A stretch of DNA of 64,000 nt from an uncultured Roseicyclus sp. (GCA_947500415.1 CANMRT010000001.1:210982-274981); one strand, 5' to 3'; shown: positions 30,380 to 39,432, counted from the stretch's first letter. The notes: generated by a model from the sequence alone, not told the origin. Made by a program: numbers and translations.

Positions 30380-31253
30380 GGGATTTACGCAGAGCTTTGT
30401 CGAAGTGGGCGCGGTGCGGCTTTCCGTGCATCGGGCGGGGACGGGGGAGCCTTTGATCCTGCTGCATGGGTTTCCGCAGAACCACCATTGTTGGGAGAAG
30501 ATTGCACCCGCGCTGGCGGAGCAATTCGATGTGATCGTGCCGGATCTGCGTGGCTATGGAGAGAGTGACGCGCCGGAGGGTGTGGAGGCCTACGCCAAGC
30601 GCGAAATGGCGCGGGATATTACCGGGTTGATGGATGCGTTTGGCTTGGAGCGGGCCCATGTTTTGGGTCACGACCGGGGCGCGCGGGTGGCCTATCGGCT
30701 GGCATTGGATGCGCCGGAGCGGGTGGACCGGCTTGGGATCATCGAGATTGTGCCGACGGGGGATTTCTGGGCCGCATGGGACGCGGAGCTGGCCATGGCG
30801 GCCTACCACTGGACGTTCCTTGCGCAGCCTGCACCGCTGCCGGAACGGATGATCGCGGCGGATGGGCCGGGCTATTTGGATTGGACGCTGGCGGCATGGA
30901 CCCATGGCCGGTCGCTGGAGGTGTTCGGCGAGGGTGCTTTGGCCTCGTACCGGGCGCAGGGGGCGGACCCTTTGAGGGTGGCGGCGATGTGCAATGACTA
31001 CCGCGCTGGGGCCACGATCGACCGGCGGATTGATGCGGAGAGCAGGGCGGCTGGTTTGAAGATCTCGGCGCCGATGCTGTTTGTCTGGGGCGCAGGTGGG
31101 TTCCCGGCGAAAACGGGTGATCCGCTGGGCGTCTGGCGCGATTGGGCGGAAGACCTGCGCGGGGTTGAGCTGCAAGCCTCCGGCCACTTCGCGATGGAAG
31201 AAGTGCCGGACGCAGTTTTGGACGCAGTGAAGTCGCATTTCGCGGCGCGGTGA
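30369..31253 (+). CDS. Alpha/beta hydrolase, haloacetate/fluoroacetate dehalogenase type
   Basis: LLHGFPQ, GHDRGARV, YHWTF, DYRAGA, SGHF. Confidence 0.8.
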   Translation: MAIEGFTQSFVEVGAVRLSVHRAGTGEPLILLHGFPQNHHCWEKIAPALAEQFDVIVPDLRGYGESDAPEGVEAYAKREMARDITGLMDAFGLERAHVLGHDRGARVAYRLALDAPERVDRLGIIEIVPTGDFWAAWDAELAMAAYHWTFLAQPAPLPERMIAADGPGYLDWTLAAWTHGRSLEVFGEGALASYRAQGADPLRVAAMCNDYRAGATIDRRIDAESRAAGLKISAPMLFVWGAGGFPAKTGDPLGVWRDWAEDLRGVELQASGHFAMEEVPDAVLDAVKSHFAAR

Positions 31254-31324
31254 TTTTTTTGCGCGCCCCCGCCGGTGCGAGAACCGGTCAGGGGCGACGC
31301 CTGCTCGATTATTCCACTGCGCCG

Positions 31325-32878
31325 TCAGGCCGTTGCGCGCAGGTCGATCAGGCTGGGGTCGAGGCCTTGGGCGCCGGAGACGCTGAGGATCACTTGACCG
31401 TCCAGCACGATGTCGGCCCCTGAGCCATCGGCGAAATCCTGAACCTCGATCACCGGGTTGGGATTGTTGGAGGGATTGTAGAGCACCTCGATGCGATCCT
31501 CGATCGGGTCGAAATCTGAAACCACGCCTGCGTCGTTTGGATCGCTGATATGATCGCCACCGACGAAGGTGTCCGCCCCGGTGCCGCCTTGGGCCACATC
31601 GCCCGAACCAAGGACGATGGAATCGTCACCACTGCCGCCGATCAGAACGTCACCGGCATCCTGGTCGGTGCTGCCGTGGCTGAAGGTGCCGTTGAGCGTG
31701 TCATTGCCGGAGCCGCCGTTCAGCATATCGGAGCCCGAGCCGCCGTGCAGAACGTCATCACCTGAGCCGCCGTAAAGCGTATCGTCGCCGTCACCACCGA
31801 AGAGCGCATCCCGGTCTGCGCCGCCGTCGAGGGCGTCATTGCCTTCGCCGCCATCGAGAAAGTCGATGCCTTCGCCGCCTTGCAGGTTGTCATCGCCGAA
31901 GTCGCCGTGAAGCTCATCATTTCCATCGCCGCCGTCGAGGGTGTCGTTGCCTTCATCGCCGAAAAGCGCGTCCTGACCATCGCCGCCTGTCAGCATGTCA
32001 TTGTTGAAGCTTCCGGTGAGCGCGTCGGTGCCGCCGGTGCCGAAGGCGGCGTCGATGTCAGCGCGGGCGTCGAGCATGTCTGTCGCGCCGCCAAGATCGG
32101 ACAGCGTATTGCCCAGGTCGTCCATGATGCCATCCAGAACATCTGCCCCCGGAACACCGTCGGTGATGGTTTCGACCACATCGACGATGGGCTCGATGTC
32201 CGGCAGCTCGGTATCAGGCAACTCCCCAATCGGATCGATCGGGAGGTCGATGGCAAGGGACCCATCCGCGGGTGTTTCGCCAGCCGTGTCATCCATGACG
32301 ACGACCACGTTATCTTCGGTCAGATCGGCGGCATCTTGAACAACGGTCACGGGCACGCCGTTGGCGTTGACCACGACATCTTCATTGTCGAACCCATGGT
32401 CGAGCGTGATGGTCGGTATTTCCTTGGCCGAGCCTTCGAAATCCATGACCAGCAAATCTGTTTGCGCCTCAAACGAGGCAACGAAGGGCACTTCCGTTCC
32501 GTCATCGAGGGTGGTGGTTGCCGTGATGTCCAACATGCCGAAGCTGTCAGCGCCCGCAGGCATGATGGCCTCGGGTGCGGTGGCGTCCGTGAGGAGGTCG
32601 TCGCCGTCGTCATCAGTGTCCTGATCGTCCACGTCATCCAGTGGAGTATAGCCAATGGATTCGGCGCGCGATTGCAGGGAGGGGTCTTCGGACCCATCGG
32701 CTTCGTCATCCTCGGCAAACAGAAGGTCCTGAAGCGACATCGTGGTCGTCCCGGACGCCTCATCCGGGGCATCGTTGTCGGGGGTGTTATCGGTGTCATC
32801 ATCGGACCCGGAGCCAATGAGGCCATCCACGGTGAGACCCGCGAGCAACAGGGCAAGGACACTTCCGGCGACAAGCAT
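31325..32878 (-). CDS. Acidic RTX/hemolysin-type calcium-binding protein
   Basis: Run of GGxGxDxLx nonapeptides (about 31560-32050), very Asp-rich, hydrophobic N-terminus. Confidence 0.88.
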   Translation of the reverse strand: MLVAGSVLALLLAGLTVDGLIGSGSDDDTDNTPDNDAPDEASGTTTMSLQDLLFAEDDEADGSEDPSLQSRAESIGYTPLDDVDDQDTDDDGDDLLTDATAPEAIMPAGADSFGMLDITATTTLDDGTEVPFVASFEAQTDLLVMDFEGSAKEIPTITLDHGFDNEDVVVNANGVPVTVVQDAADLTEDNVVVVMDDTAGETPADGSLAIDLPIDPIGELPDTELPDIEPIVDVVETITDGVPGADVLDGIMDDLGNTLSDLGGATDMLDARADIDAAFGTGGTDALTGSFNNDMLTGGDGQDALFGDEGNDTLDGGDGNDELHGDFGDDNLQGGEGIDFLDGGEGNDALDGGADRDALFGGDGDDTLYGGSGDDVLHGGSGSDMLNGGSGNDTLNGTFSHGSTDQDAGDVLIGGSGDDSIVLGSGDVAQGGTGADTFVGGDHISDPNDAGVVSDFDPIEDRIEVLYNPSNNPNPVIEVQDFADGSGADIVLDGQVILSVSGAQGLDPSLIDLRATA

Positions 32879-33159
32879 ATGAATTCCCTCACGGCTGGAT
32901 GGGGGGTAAACGAAATCAGGTGACGTCGGCCCTTCAAGAGCCTGACCCAGCCTTCTGGCGGAGTTCCGGTCTGGCGCCGGAGACTGCCCCTGCGCGTGGA
33001 TCGGCAGCGCAAGTGATAGGCGTCACACCTTGCCGAACTTTAAAGACCAAGAGCCTTAATACCGAAAATTTGCATCAAGATCGCGGGTCAATTGCGCCGT
33101 TGGTTAACGCGTGGCGCACCGGGGGCTTCCCATGGCTGGGGATTCGGTGTAGTGCCGCG

Positions 33160-33246
33160 CATCCGCGAGACATGCGGACCCTCCACGGGCCTTGCTGGAC
33201 GACATCCCGGCTTGCGCCATAACCCTTAATCTCGAAGGAGACCCCG
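33160..33246 (+). promoter_or_regulatory. Putative S15 autoregulatory leader
   Basis: Hairpins TCCGC/GCGGA (33162-33178) and GCTGG-ACGACATC-CCGGC (33194-33211) in the rpsO 5' region. S15-binding leaders are known in alphaproteobacteria. Confidence 0.45.
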
Positions 33247-33516
33247 ATGTCGATTACAGCTGAAGAAAAGCAGCGACTGATGAAGGAATTCGCCACGAAA
33301 GACGGCGACACCGGTTCCCCTGAAGTCCAGGTGGCCATCCTTACCAGCCGCATCACGACCCTGACCGAGCACTTCAAGACCCACAAGAAGGACAACCACG
33401 GTCGCCGTGGCCTTCTGAAGATGGTCGCACAGCGCCGGAAGCTTCTGGATTACGCCCGTTCCAAGGATGAGGCCCGTTACCAGGACCTGATCAAGCGCCT
33501 GGGCATCCGTCGCTAA
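33247..33516 (+). CDS. rpsO: 30S ribosomal protein S15
   Basis: [32 protein letters not shown]. Confidence 0.98.
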   Translation: MSITAEEKQRLMKEFATKDGDTGSPEVQVAILTSRITTLTEHFKTHKKDNHGRRGLLKMVAQRRKLLDYARSKDEARYQDLIKRLGIRR

Positions 33517-33540
33517 GACGTTTTCCAGCGGTGAAGATGG

Positions 33541-33568
33541 AGGGGCCCCTGCGGGCCCCTTTTGTTTT
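33541..33568 (+). terminator. rpsO intrinsic terminator
   Basis: AGGGGCCC-CTGC-GGGCCCCT followed by TTTGTTTT. Confidence 0.8.
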
Positions 33569-33659
33569 GAGTGAGGCCAGCTGCGAAGATGGGACATGGG
33601 AGTGCAAAGGTCCGGACAGAGCCCATATTACCGGATGCTGCAATCTGCATGAACGACAG

Positions 33660-34103
33660 CTATGTGGAAGCAGCGCGAATTCCGATGGATTCACTGAAGC
33701 GGAGCAGATATCCGTCTGGATCAGCGACAGCGAACTGCAGAACGCCAAGGTCAAACTCTCCGACGCGATACCAACGTTCCTCTGGTGCAAGGGAAAGATC
33801 AACACCCGTTTGCTCCAGTCTCTGAACAAGAGGGGCTATTGATTTCGTTTGGATTTGCAGATTGACGCCGCGACCAAGAGGTCGTTCCAAAGGTGCCTGA
33901 TCAGTCACCAAATTGCGCTCCAAGTTCGCTTGATAGAACATGACCTGAGCGCCCTCGAATTCCAAGAAGACGAAACCCTCGTCAGGACGCTGGAAGGCAA
34001 TCTTGAATTCTAGGCAGTGGGTGTAGAATTCTAGACTTTCCCGCCAGTCCAAGACGGCAAATTCCGCTACCAGCGAATTGATCTGGATTGGGTCGGTAGG
34101 CAT
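33660..34103 (-). CDS. VOC/glyoxalase (bleomycin-resistance-like) protein
   Basis: SLEFY, LGRGVNLQI, PEERWY, DPDGYLLRF. Confidence 0.85.
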   Translation of the reverse strand: MPTDPIQINSLVAEFAVLDWRESLEFYTHCLEFKIAFQRPDEGFVFLEFEGAQVMFYQANLERNLVTDQAPLERPLGRGVNLQIQTKSIAPLVQRLEQTGVDLSLAPEERWYRVGEFDLGVLQFAVADPDGYLLRFSESIGIRAAST

Positions 34104-34246
34104 TGGATCAGACCAGTTACTTGCTCGGATTAAATGCGACGTTCTGCGACTAACCCTTAAAGCAGACGTTGACGTGCGTCGAGCGCACGGCAGGTAAGTC
34201 CCGCGAAGCCGACCCTCCCACACAGCATTGAAAACGAGCCCGGCTC

Positions 34247-34564
34247 CTACACCGCGAATTTATGCGGCCTGAGAATATGAACCGGCTCCAGATAGGCGAT
34301 GCCGGAGTAATTCGCGAAGTAGCGTTCGGCGATGGATTGGATGATCGCTTCGGCCTGATCCGCGTCGCTCACAATGGCCTCGATCTTTACGTTCGAGAGC
34401 ACCCCGCCGACGCCGGGCCGGTTGGCGGAGCGTTTGCCGCGGCTGCCGCGCCCGCCTGCATCGACATGGGTGTAGCCCGTGGCCCCGCCCTCTAGGATCA
34501 GCTTCGTGACCCCGTCGAGGATCACCCGTTCGGTGATGATCACGAGTTTCGTTGCGTCGTACAT
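34247..34564 (-). CDS. sbtB: PII-like regulator SbtB
   Basis: KLVIITE, GATGYT..AGGRGSR, NVKIE, RYFANYSGIAY; directly downstream of sbtA; GGAG RBS. Confidence 0.88.
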   Translation of the reverse strand: MYDATKLVIITERVILDGVTKLILEGGATGYTHVDAGGRGSRGKRSANRPGVGGVLSNVKIEAIVSDADQAEAIIQSIAERYFANYSGIAYLEPVHILRPHKFAV

Positions 34565-34578
34565 GATTGCGTCTCCGA

Positions 34579-35625
34579 TCAAAGGCCGATGGTGAGGTCT
34601 GCGAGCGCGATCCAGAGGGGGATCGACAGGATCGCAACGGGGGTGCCAAGGCCGGTGGATGTGCCCACGTAGGACGAGGGGTTCGCCTCGGGCAAGGCCG
34701 CGCGCAAGGTTGGTGGGCCGGAGATGTCCGAGCTTGAGGCGGCCATGACGGCGAGCAGGACGACACCGCCACCGGAGAAACCGGTGATCTGGTGGATGAT
34801 GAGGCCCGTCCCGAAGCCGAGGGCACCGTGAACGAGGGGCGCAAGGAGGCCGTAGGCGATGTAGGCGTGGGCGACGCCCCTGAGTTCCGAGAGGCGCGAC
34901 CAGGCCTCCATCCCCATGATGAGCATCAGGATCGACAGGAGGCCGCGGAAGAGGATTTCGTAGAAGCTTTCATAGACGCTGTCGGGCCGGGCGAGGATGC
35001 CGAGAGCGAGGCCCAGGAGGAGGGCAGAGATGGCGGCGGAGCGGAAGGTGTCGACGAGGATGCCTTTGACCATGCCTTTCGGCAGGCCTTGGGGGGCGGT
35101 GGCCGTGGCGGTTCCGTCGGGGGAGGCGTTGATGGCGGCGGCGGCCTTCCGTTCCGCGGAAAGGCGGGCAAGGACGATGGCGGTCACAAGGGCGGCGATG
35201 TCCATGAACGGATAAAGCGCGCCGATGAAGCCCTCGTAGGCGATGCCTTCGCTGTCGAGCATGGCCATGGCGGCGGCGAGGGTGGAGGCGGAGACGGCAC
35301 CGAACAGGCCTGCTGTGGCGTAGCCGTCCATCGGGTTCACACCGCGCAGACGGGCGAGGGTTCCGGTGCCCAGAAGCACGATGGCGATGCCGACAAGGGC
35401 CGCGAAGAGGGCGGGCACGGCGAGGTCGAGCAGGTTCGCCTCGCGGACAGAGATACCCGCGCCGAGGCCGACCTTCATCAGCAGCAGGAAAACGATCCAC
35501 TTATAGACCGGCTCAGGTATTTCGAGCTTGGACCCGAACGCCGCCAGCGCCATGCCGCCGATCAGGAAGGCGAGCGTGGGTTTCTGAACCTGCTCCACAA
35601 TGGTTGTGGCAATGTCGATCAGCAT
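34579..35625 (-). CDS. sbtA: Na+-dependent bicarbonate transporter SbtA
   Basis: PTLAFLIGGM, GLFGAVS, ALYPFMD..ALVTAIV, SDISGPPTLRA, ANPSSY motifs; about 10 TM segments. Confidence 0.9.
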   Translation of the reverse strand: MLIDIATTIVEQVQKPTLAFLIGGMALAAFGSKLEIPEPVYKWIVFLLLMKVGLGAGISVREANLLDLAVPALFAALVGIAIVLLGTGTLARLRGVNPMDGYATAGLFGAVSASTLAAAMAMLDSEGIAYEGFIGALYPFMDIAALVTAIVLARLSAERKAAAAINASPDGTATATAPQGLPKGMVKGILVDTFRSAAISALLLGLALGILARPDSVYESFYEILFRGLLSILMLIMGMEAWSRLSELRGVAHAYIAYGLLAPLVHGALGFGTGLIIHQITGFSGGGVVLLAVMAASSSDISGPPTLRAALPEANPSSYVGTSTGLGTPVAILSIPLWIALADLTIGL

Positions 35626-35709
35626 GGGCTGCCCTCGGGTGTGATGTGACGTTTCGGGGGAGATAGCGGTGATGCGGAAAGAAGAAAAATATATCTTTCT
35701 GTATATATC

Positions 35710-35726
35710 GTTCTAATAATCAGAAC
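35710..35726. promoter_or_regulatory. LysR-type operator in the sbtA/lysR divergent region
   Basis: GTTCT-AATAATC-AGAAC inverted repeat (T-N11-A geometry) ending at the LysR ATG, in an AT-rich tract. Confidence 0.55.
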
Positions 35727-36599
35727 ATGGATCAGTTGAACTATCACCATCTGCGATACTTCCGGGACGTGGCCCATGAAGGGAACCTGACCCGCGCGGC
35801 GGAGCGGCTGAACGTGTCGCAATCGGCGCTGTCGACGCAGATCAAGGCGCTGGAGGCGCGGTTGGGGCATGCTCTGTTCGAGCGGGTTGGACGGCGACTG
35901 GAACTTACCGAAGTGGGACGGATTGCGCTGGACCATGCGGATCAGATCTTTGCGACGGGTGCGGATTTAATGGCGGTGCTGAAGCAGACGGGCACACGGA
36001 TGCCGCCGTTGCGGGTGGGGGCAGCCTCGACTCTGTCGCGCAACTTTCAGCGGCAGTTTCTTGGGCCAGTGCTGGGGCGGGCGGATGTGGAGTTGATCCT
36101 GCGCTCAGGCTCCGAGGCGGAATTGGTGGATGGGCTAACAAATCTGTCGCTGGACGTGGCGCTGATGACCGAGCCGCCGCGCGGGGATGGTCGGGCCGAG
36201 GTGCGGGCGCAGAGATTGGCGGAGCAGGCGGTGGGGCTGCACGGGAAGGTGGAGCTGATGCGAGAGGGCTTGGCGGAGACGTTGGCGGAGGGGCGATTTC
36301 TGCTGCCTACAGATCCGACAATCAGTGCGGGGTTTGTGGCCTTGGGCGAACGGTTTGGGATAACGCCGCGCATTGCCGCGAGTGTGGATGACATGGCGAT
36401 GGTGCGGCTTTTGGCGCGGGACGGTGCTGGGATTGCGGTGACGCCAGCCGTGGTTGTGGCCGATGAATTGGAAAGCGGGCGGTTGGTGAGCGCACAGTTT
36501 GATCTGGGGATCGCGGAGCGCTTCTTTGCGGTGACGTTGAAGCGGACGTTTCCGCATCCGCTGCTGGACGCGTTGATTTCGGAGGCGGCGGGGGCATGA
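35727..36599 (+). CDS. LysR regulator, NhaR-like
   Basis: N-terminus LNYHHLRYF typical of the NhaR subfamily; HTH VSQSALS..IK.LE; VDDMAMVRLLA. Confidence 0.88.
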   Translation: MDQLNYHHLRYFRDVAHEGNLTRAAERLNVSQSALSTQIKALEARLGHALFERVGRRLELTEVGRIALDHADQIFATGADLMAVLKQTGTRMPPLRVGAASTLSRNFQRQFLGPVLGRADVELILRSGSEAELVDGLTNLSLDVALMTEPPRGDGRAEVRAQRLAEQAVGLHGKVELMREGLAETLAEGRFLLPTDPTISAGFVALGERFGITPRIAASVDDMAMVRLLARDGAGIAVTPAVVVADELESGRLVSAQFDLGIAERFFAVTLKRTFPHPLLDALISEAAGA

Positions 36600-37288
36600 G
36601 GTGGCTCGCGCTTCTCCTCGGGCTGGCAGCCCTCCTCGCAGGCGTTTTGTGGCAGGTGAGCCGCGCGCGGGAATTTCAGGTCTTTGGGGAGATCGTCACG
36701 CGTGGGGATGGCGCGGAGATGGTTGTGGCGCTGACGTTTGATGATGGGCCGACGGCTGCGCATACGGGGGCGTTGCTGGAAGGACTGGGAGACGCGCGGG
36801 CCACGTTCTTTCTGGTGGGACAGGATATTGTGGCGCACCCGGAGGCGGCGGAGGCGATTGTGGGGGCGGGGCATGAGATCGGGAACCATTCGTGGGATCA
36901 TCCGCGGATGGTGTTGATGTCTGCCTCTGCTGTGCGGGCTCAGATTGAGGATACGGATGCAGCGATCCGGGCGCTGGGATATCAGGGCCCGATCCCGTTT
37001 CGGCCGCCGTTTGGGAAGAAATTGTTCGTGCTGCCTTGGGTGCTGTCGCAGATGGCACGGCCCTCGGTGATGTGGTCGATGGAGCCGGATATGGTGCTGG
37101 GGGCGGGGATGACGGCGGAGGCGCTGACCGAATATGTAGTGGAGGGCGCGGAGGCCGGGGATATCATCTTGCTGCACGGGATGTTCAGCGGCAATGCCGC
37201 GACGCGGGAGGCTTTGCCGGAGATCGTGGAGGGGCTGGCCGCGCGGGGGTTTGGCTTCGTGACGGTGAGCGAGATTTTGGGGGAGTGA
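36596..37288 (+). CDS. Membrane-anchored polysaccharide deacetylase (NodB/CE4)
   Basis: ALTFDDGP, GNHSWDH, FRPPFG, IILLH. Confidence 0.9.
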   Translation: MRWLALLLGLAALLAGVLWQVSRAREFQVFGEIVTRGDGAEMVVALTFDDGPTAAHTGALLEGLGDARATFFLVGQDIVAHPEAAEAIVGAGHEIGNHSWDHPRMVLMSASAVRAQIEDTDAAIRALGYQGPIPFRPPFGKKLFVLPWVLSQMARPSVMWSMEPDMVLGAGMTAEALTEYVVEGAEAGDIILLHGMFSGNAATREALPEIVEGLAARGFGFVTVSEILGE

Positions 37289-37472
37289 GTGAGGTTGCAA
37301 GGTTGCAACCCGGGCTTAACACATTGAAACCATGATATTAAGGCGATCTTGTTTACTCTTTGTTAAGGGATAGATTAGTGGATTTCACCCACCCTGCGGG
37401 AGCGGGTGACGTGGGGTTTTGGTTCTCGGAACGCCGGTCTGCGCGCTAGGATGGCGCCAAGGAGGGCCGGGC

Positions 37473-38183
37473 ATGATCCCAACATTGCGGGTGTTGATCC
37501 ATATGGGCGGATTGCAGCGGTTGGCGCCGTTTTGGGTGCTTGGCCTGGTGCTGTTTGTGCTGAATTTCGGATGGCACGTGTGCGTGGCCGTGGCCTATGG
37601 CGTCGTGCTGCAATTCTTCGTGGAATACGTCCTGCACCGCTTCGTCTATCACCGCGACCCGCCGACGGAGCAATCGCCGTTCAACGCGCTCTACCGGGCG
37701 CATATCGGGCACCATGAATTTCCGAATGAGCCGGAGTTCTTCACCGGCGGGGACGATTGGTTTGCGGTGAAATTCGGGGTCGGGGCGGTTGTGCTGCATA
37801 CGCTGCTGCTTTGGCCGGTGCTGGGGCTGGCGGATGCGGCCTTGTTCGGGACGGTGGCGCTGTTTGTGGGCTCGGTCTCTGCGTTCACGTTCTATGAATT
37901 TTGCCACACGCTGGCGCATCTGGACGTGCCGAAGGGGTGGTTCGGGAAGCGCGTGACGCATGAACATCTGCGGCACCACTTCAATGATCACGACAGCAAT
38001 TTCCACGTGAGTTTCGGGATGGGCTGGATCGATCGGCTGTTCGGGACGGGGCATGATCGGGACGTCGCGAAGGCGCGGTTTGATCGGGGGACGGTGATGT
38101 CTTTGGGGATGGACCCGGAGGATTTGCGGCTTGTGACGGCGCGAAAGGCTTGGGGGTTGCCGGAGCGTGGGTCCGGGCGCTGA
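37473..38183 (+). CDS. Sterol desaturase / fatty acid hydroxylase superfamily protein
   Basis: His boxes HRFVYH, HIGHH, HTLAH and HLRHH with TM segments. Confidence 0.88.
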   Translation: MIPTLRVLIHMGGLQRLAPFWVLGLVLFVLNFGWHVCVAVAYGVVLQFFVEYVLHRFVYHRDPPTEQSPFNALYRAHIGHHEFPNEPEFFTGGDDWFAVKFGVGAVVLHTLLLWPVLGLADAALFGTVALFVGSVSAFTFYEFCHTLAHLDVPKGWFGKRVTHEHLRHHFNDHDSNFHVSFGMGWIDRLFGTGHDRDVAKARFDRGTVMSLGMDPEDLRLVTARKAWGLPERGSGR

Positions 38184-38186
38184 GAA

Positions 38187-38325
38187 CCGGCGTCGACGGG
38201 CCTGGGTGCGGCGATCCTTGCCTTTGATGGGGGCACTTTATGGTGGCCAAGCTTTTGGTCCCTTTCGGACGGAGCACCAAGCAGCAACCAAATCGCCGGG
38301 CCCGGGGGAGGCCCGTCGATGGCGG
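38187..38325. other. Long imperfect intergenic hairpin
   Basis: 38187-38202 pairs with 38310-38325 (15/16 including GU), continued by GGTGCGGCGAT/ATCGCCGGGCC. The apex reads GUCC-GAAA-GGGAC on the minus strand. Confidence 0.5.
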
Positions 38326-38371
38326 GGCGGCGTTCGCCGCTGTTAACCCGCTGGGTGGCGAGCTGCTGATC

Positions 38372-39250
38372 CTACGATCTGAAATGCGAAAACAGTATTC
38401 TGAAGGTCATACTAACGCCTGACCAAATGAGTGTGACAACGAACGAAAACGCGACAGCCGCAAGTACAACCCAGAGGTTGAGCTGTGGCGAGTTTGTGCG
38501 ATCCGGTCCGATGTCTAAGGTGCGCGGACCGGCGTCAAACGGGTTTCTACAAGACAATTCACGGATATTCTCGTCACATCGATAATTCAGGACGGCGGTC
38601 AAATCAGCTTCGACCAGATACCGCCCTCCATCCGCAAGAGTGACTTGCAAACCAAACCCATCAAATCCAAAAAGACCAACGCCGTAGCCCTGATAAATGG
38701 TTTCCTTGGTCCCAAGTATTTCATTCCAACCCTCGACCTCCGCTGGATGACTGCCAGGATCAGGTCCGAGGCAAGAGTAGGTGCGTGAAAGGCGTTCAAT
38801 TTCCAGATTTTCTGAACAGGTCGCCCGACTACGGAGCGGTCTGAGACGGCCAACATAGGTTGCAAATATTGCGTCTGTGGCAAAGGAGTCTCTTCCATTA
38901 AGGTTCGCCGGTAGAAAAGCCTCCATATTTCGGAACGCATTGGCCAGAGTGTTTCCGGCGTCAGGGTCGATACCCGGCAAACCGTCACGTCCAATAGAAA
39001 AGTCAACCATACTGTAAGGGTAATTCCCACTGGTCATAACTGGCACAATGGAAGTTATTGAGACGGAATCTCGCGATCTATTGCTGATCAAACACCTAGT
39101 TTGATAGAACAAAATCCCATCTTCATGCGAAAAACTGCTATCACGGGGAGTTCGGCATTCGACGCTAATACTTGCGGAGGTGAACAAGTATTCGTCAGCA
39201 ACATTGAATATGAATGGCAAGAGAGCCGCCACAATTGCTAGGGCACCCAA
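38372..39250 (-). CDS. Orphan two-TM protein, lower GC than flanks
   Basis: 292-aa ORF with N- and C-terminal hydrophobic helices and a Cys-containing middle region; visibly AT-richer codons. Confidence 0.65.
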   Translation of the reverse strand: MGALAIVAALLPFIFNVADEYLFTSASISVECRTPRDSSFSHEDGILFYQTRCLISNRSRDSVSITSIVPVMTSGNYPYSMVDFSIGRDGLPGIDPDAGNTLANAFRNMEAFLPANLNGRDSFATDAIFATYVGRLRPLRSRATCSENLEIERLSRTYSCLGPDPGSHPAEVEGWNEILGTKETIYQGYGVGLFGFDGFGLQVTLADGGRYLVEADLTAVLNYRCDENIRELSCRNPFDAGPRTLDIGPDRTNSPQLNLWVVLAAVAFSFVVTLIWSGVSMTFRILFSHFRS

Positions 39251-39432
39251 GGGCTCTTTTTCGATGGCTTTTCTCAGCGAGGCTAGAGCCCTCCAAATCT
39301 TGCCTAGACTGTCCTGAACAAATTAACCGTAAGATTGAGGTAAGGACAACTACTTGGCAAACGCTGCCACCCTCCCCTTCCCAATCCCCCTCAACCCGTG
39401 TATGTGCCGCTCCATCTGAGACGAGGCGCTCT

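Noticed and set aside
28859-31238. 503-aa and 416-aa minus-strand ORFs
   Set aside because: Antisense to truB, DUF1643 and the hydrolase; Pro/Arg-rich nonsense composition.
33531-33842. 103-aa plus-strand ORF after rpsO
   Set aside because: Begins inside the rpsO terminator region and overlaps the better-supported VOC gene on the opposite strand.
38240-38290. SRP (4.5S) RNA or 6S RNA identity for the long hairpin
   Set aside because: AAGCAGC is present, but the CAGGUCCGGAAGGA domain IV context is absent, and I recognise no 6S conserved blocks.
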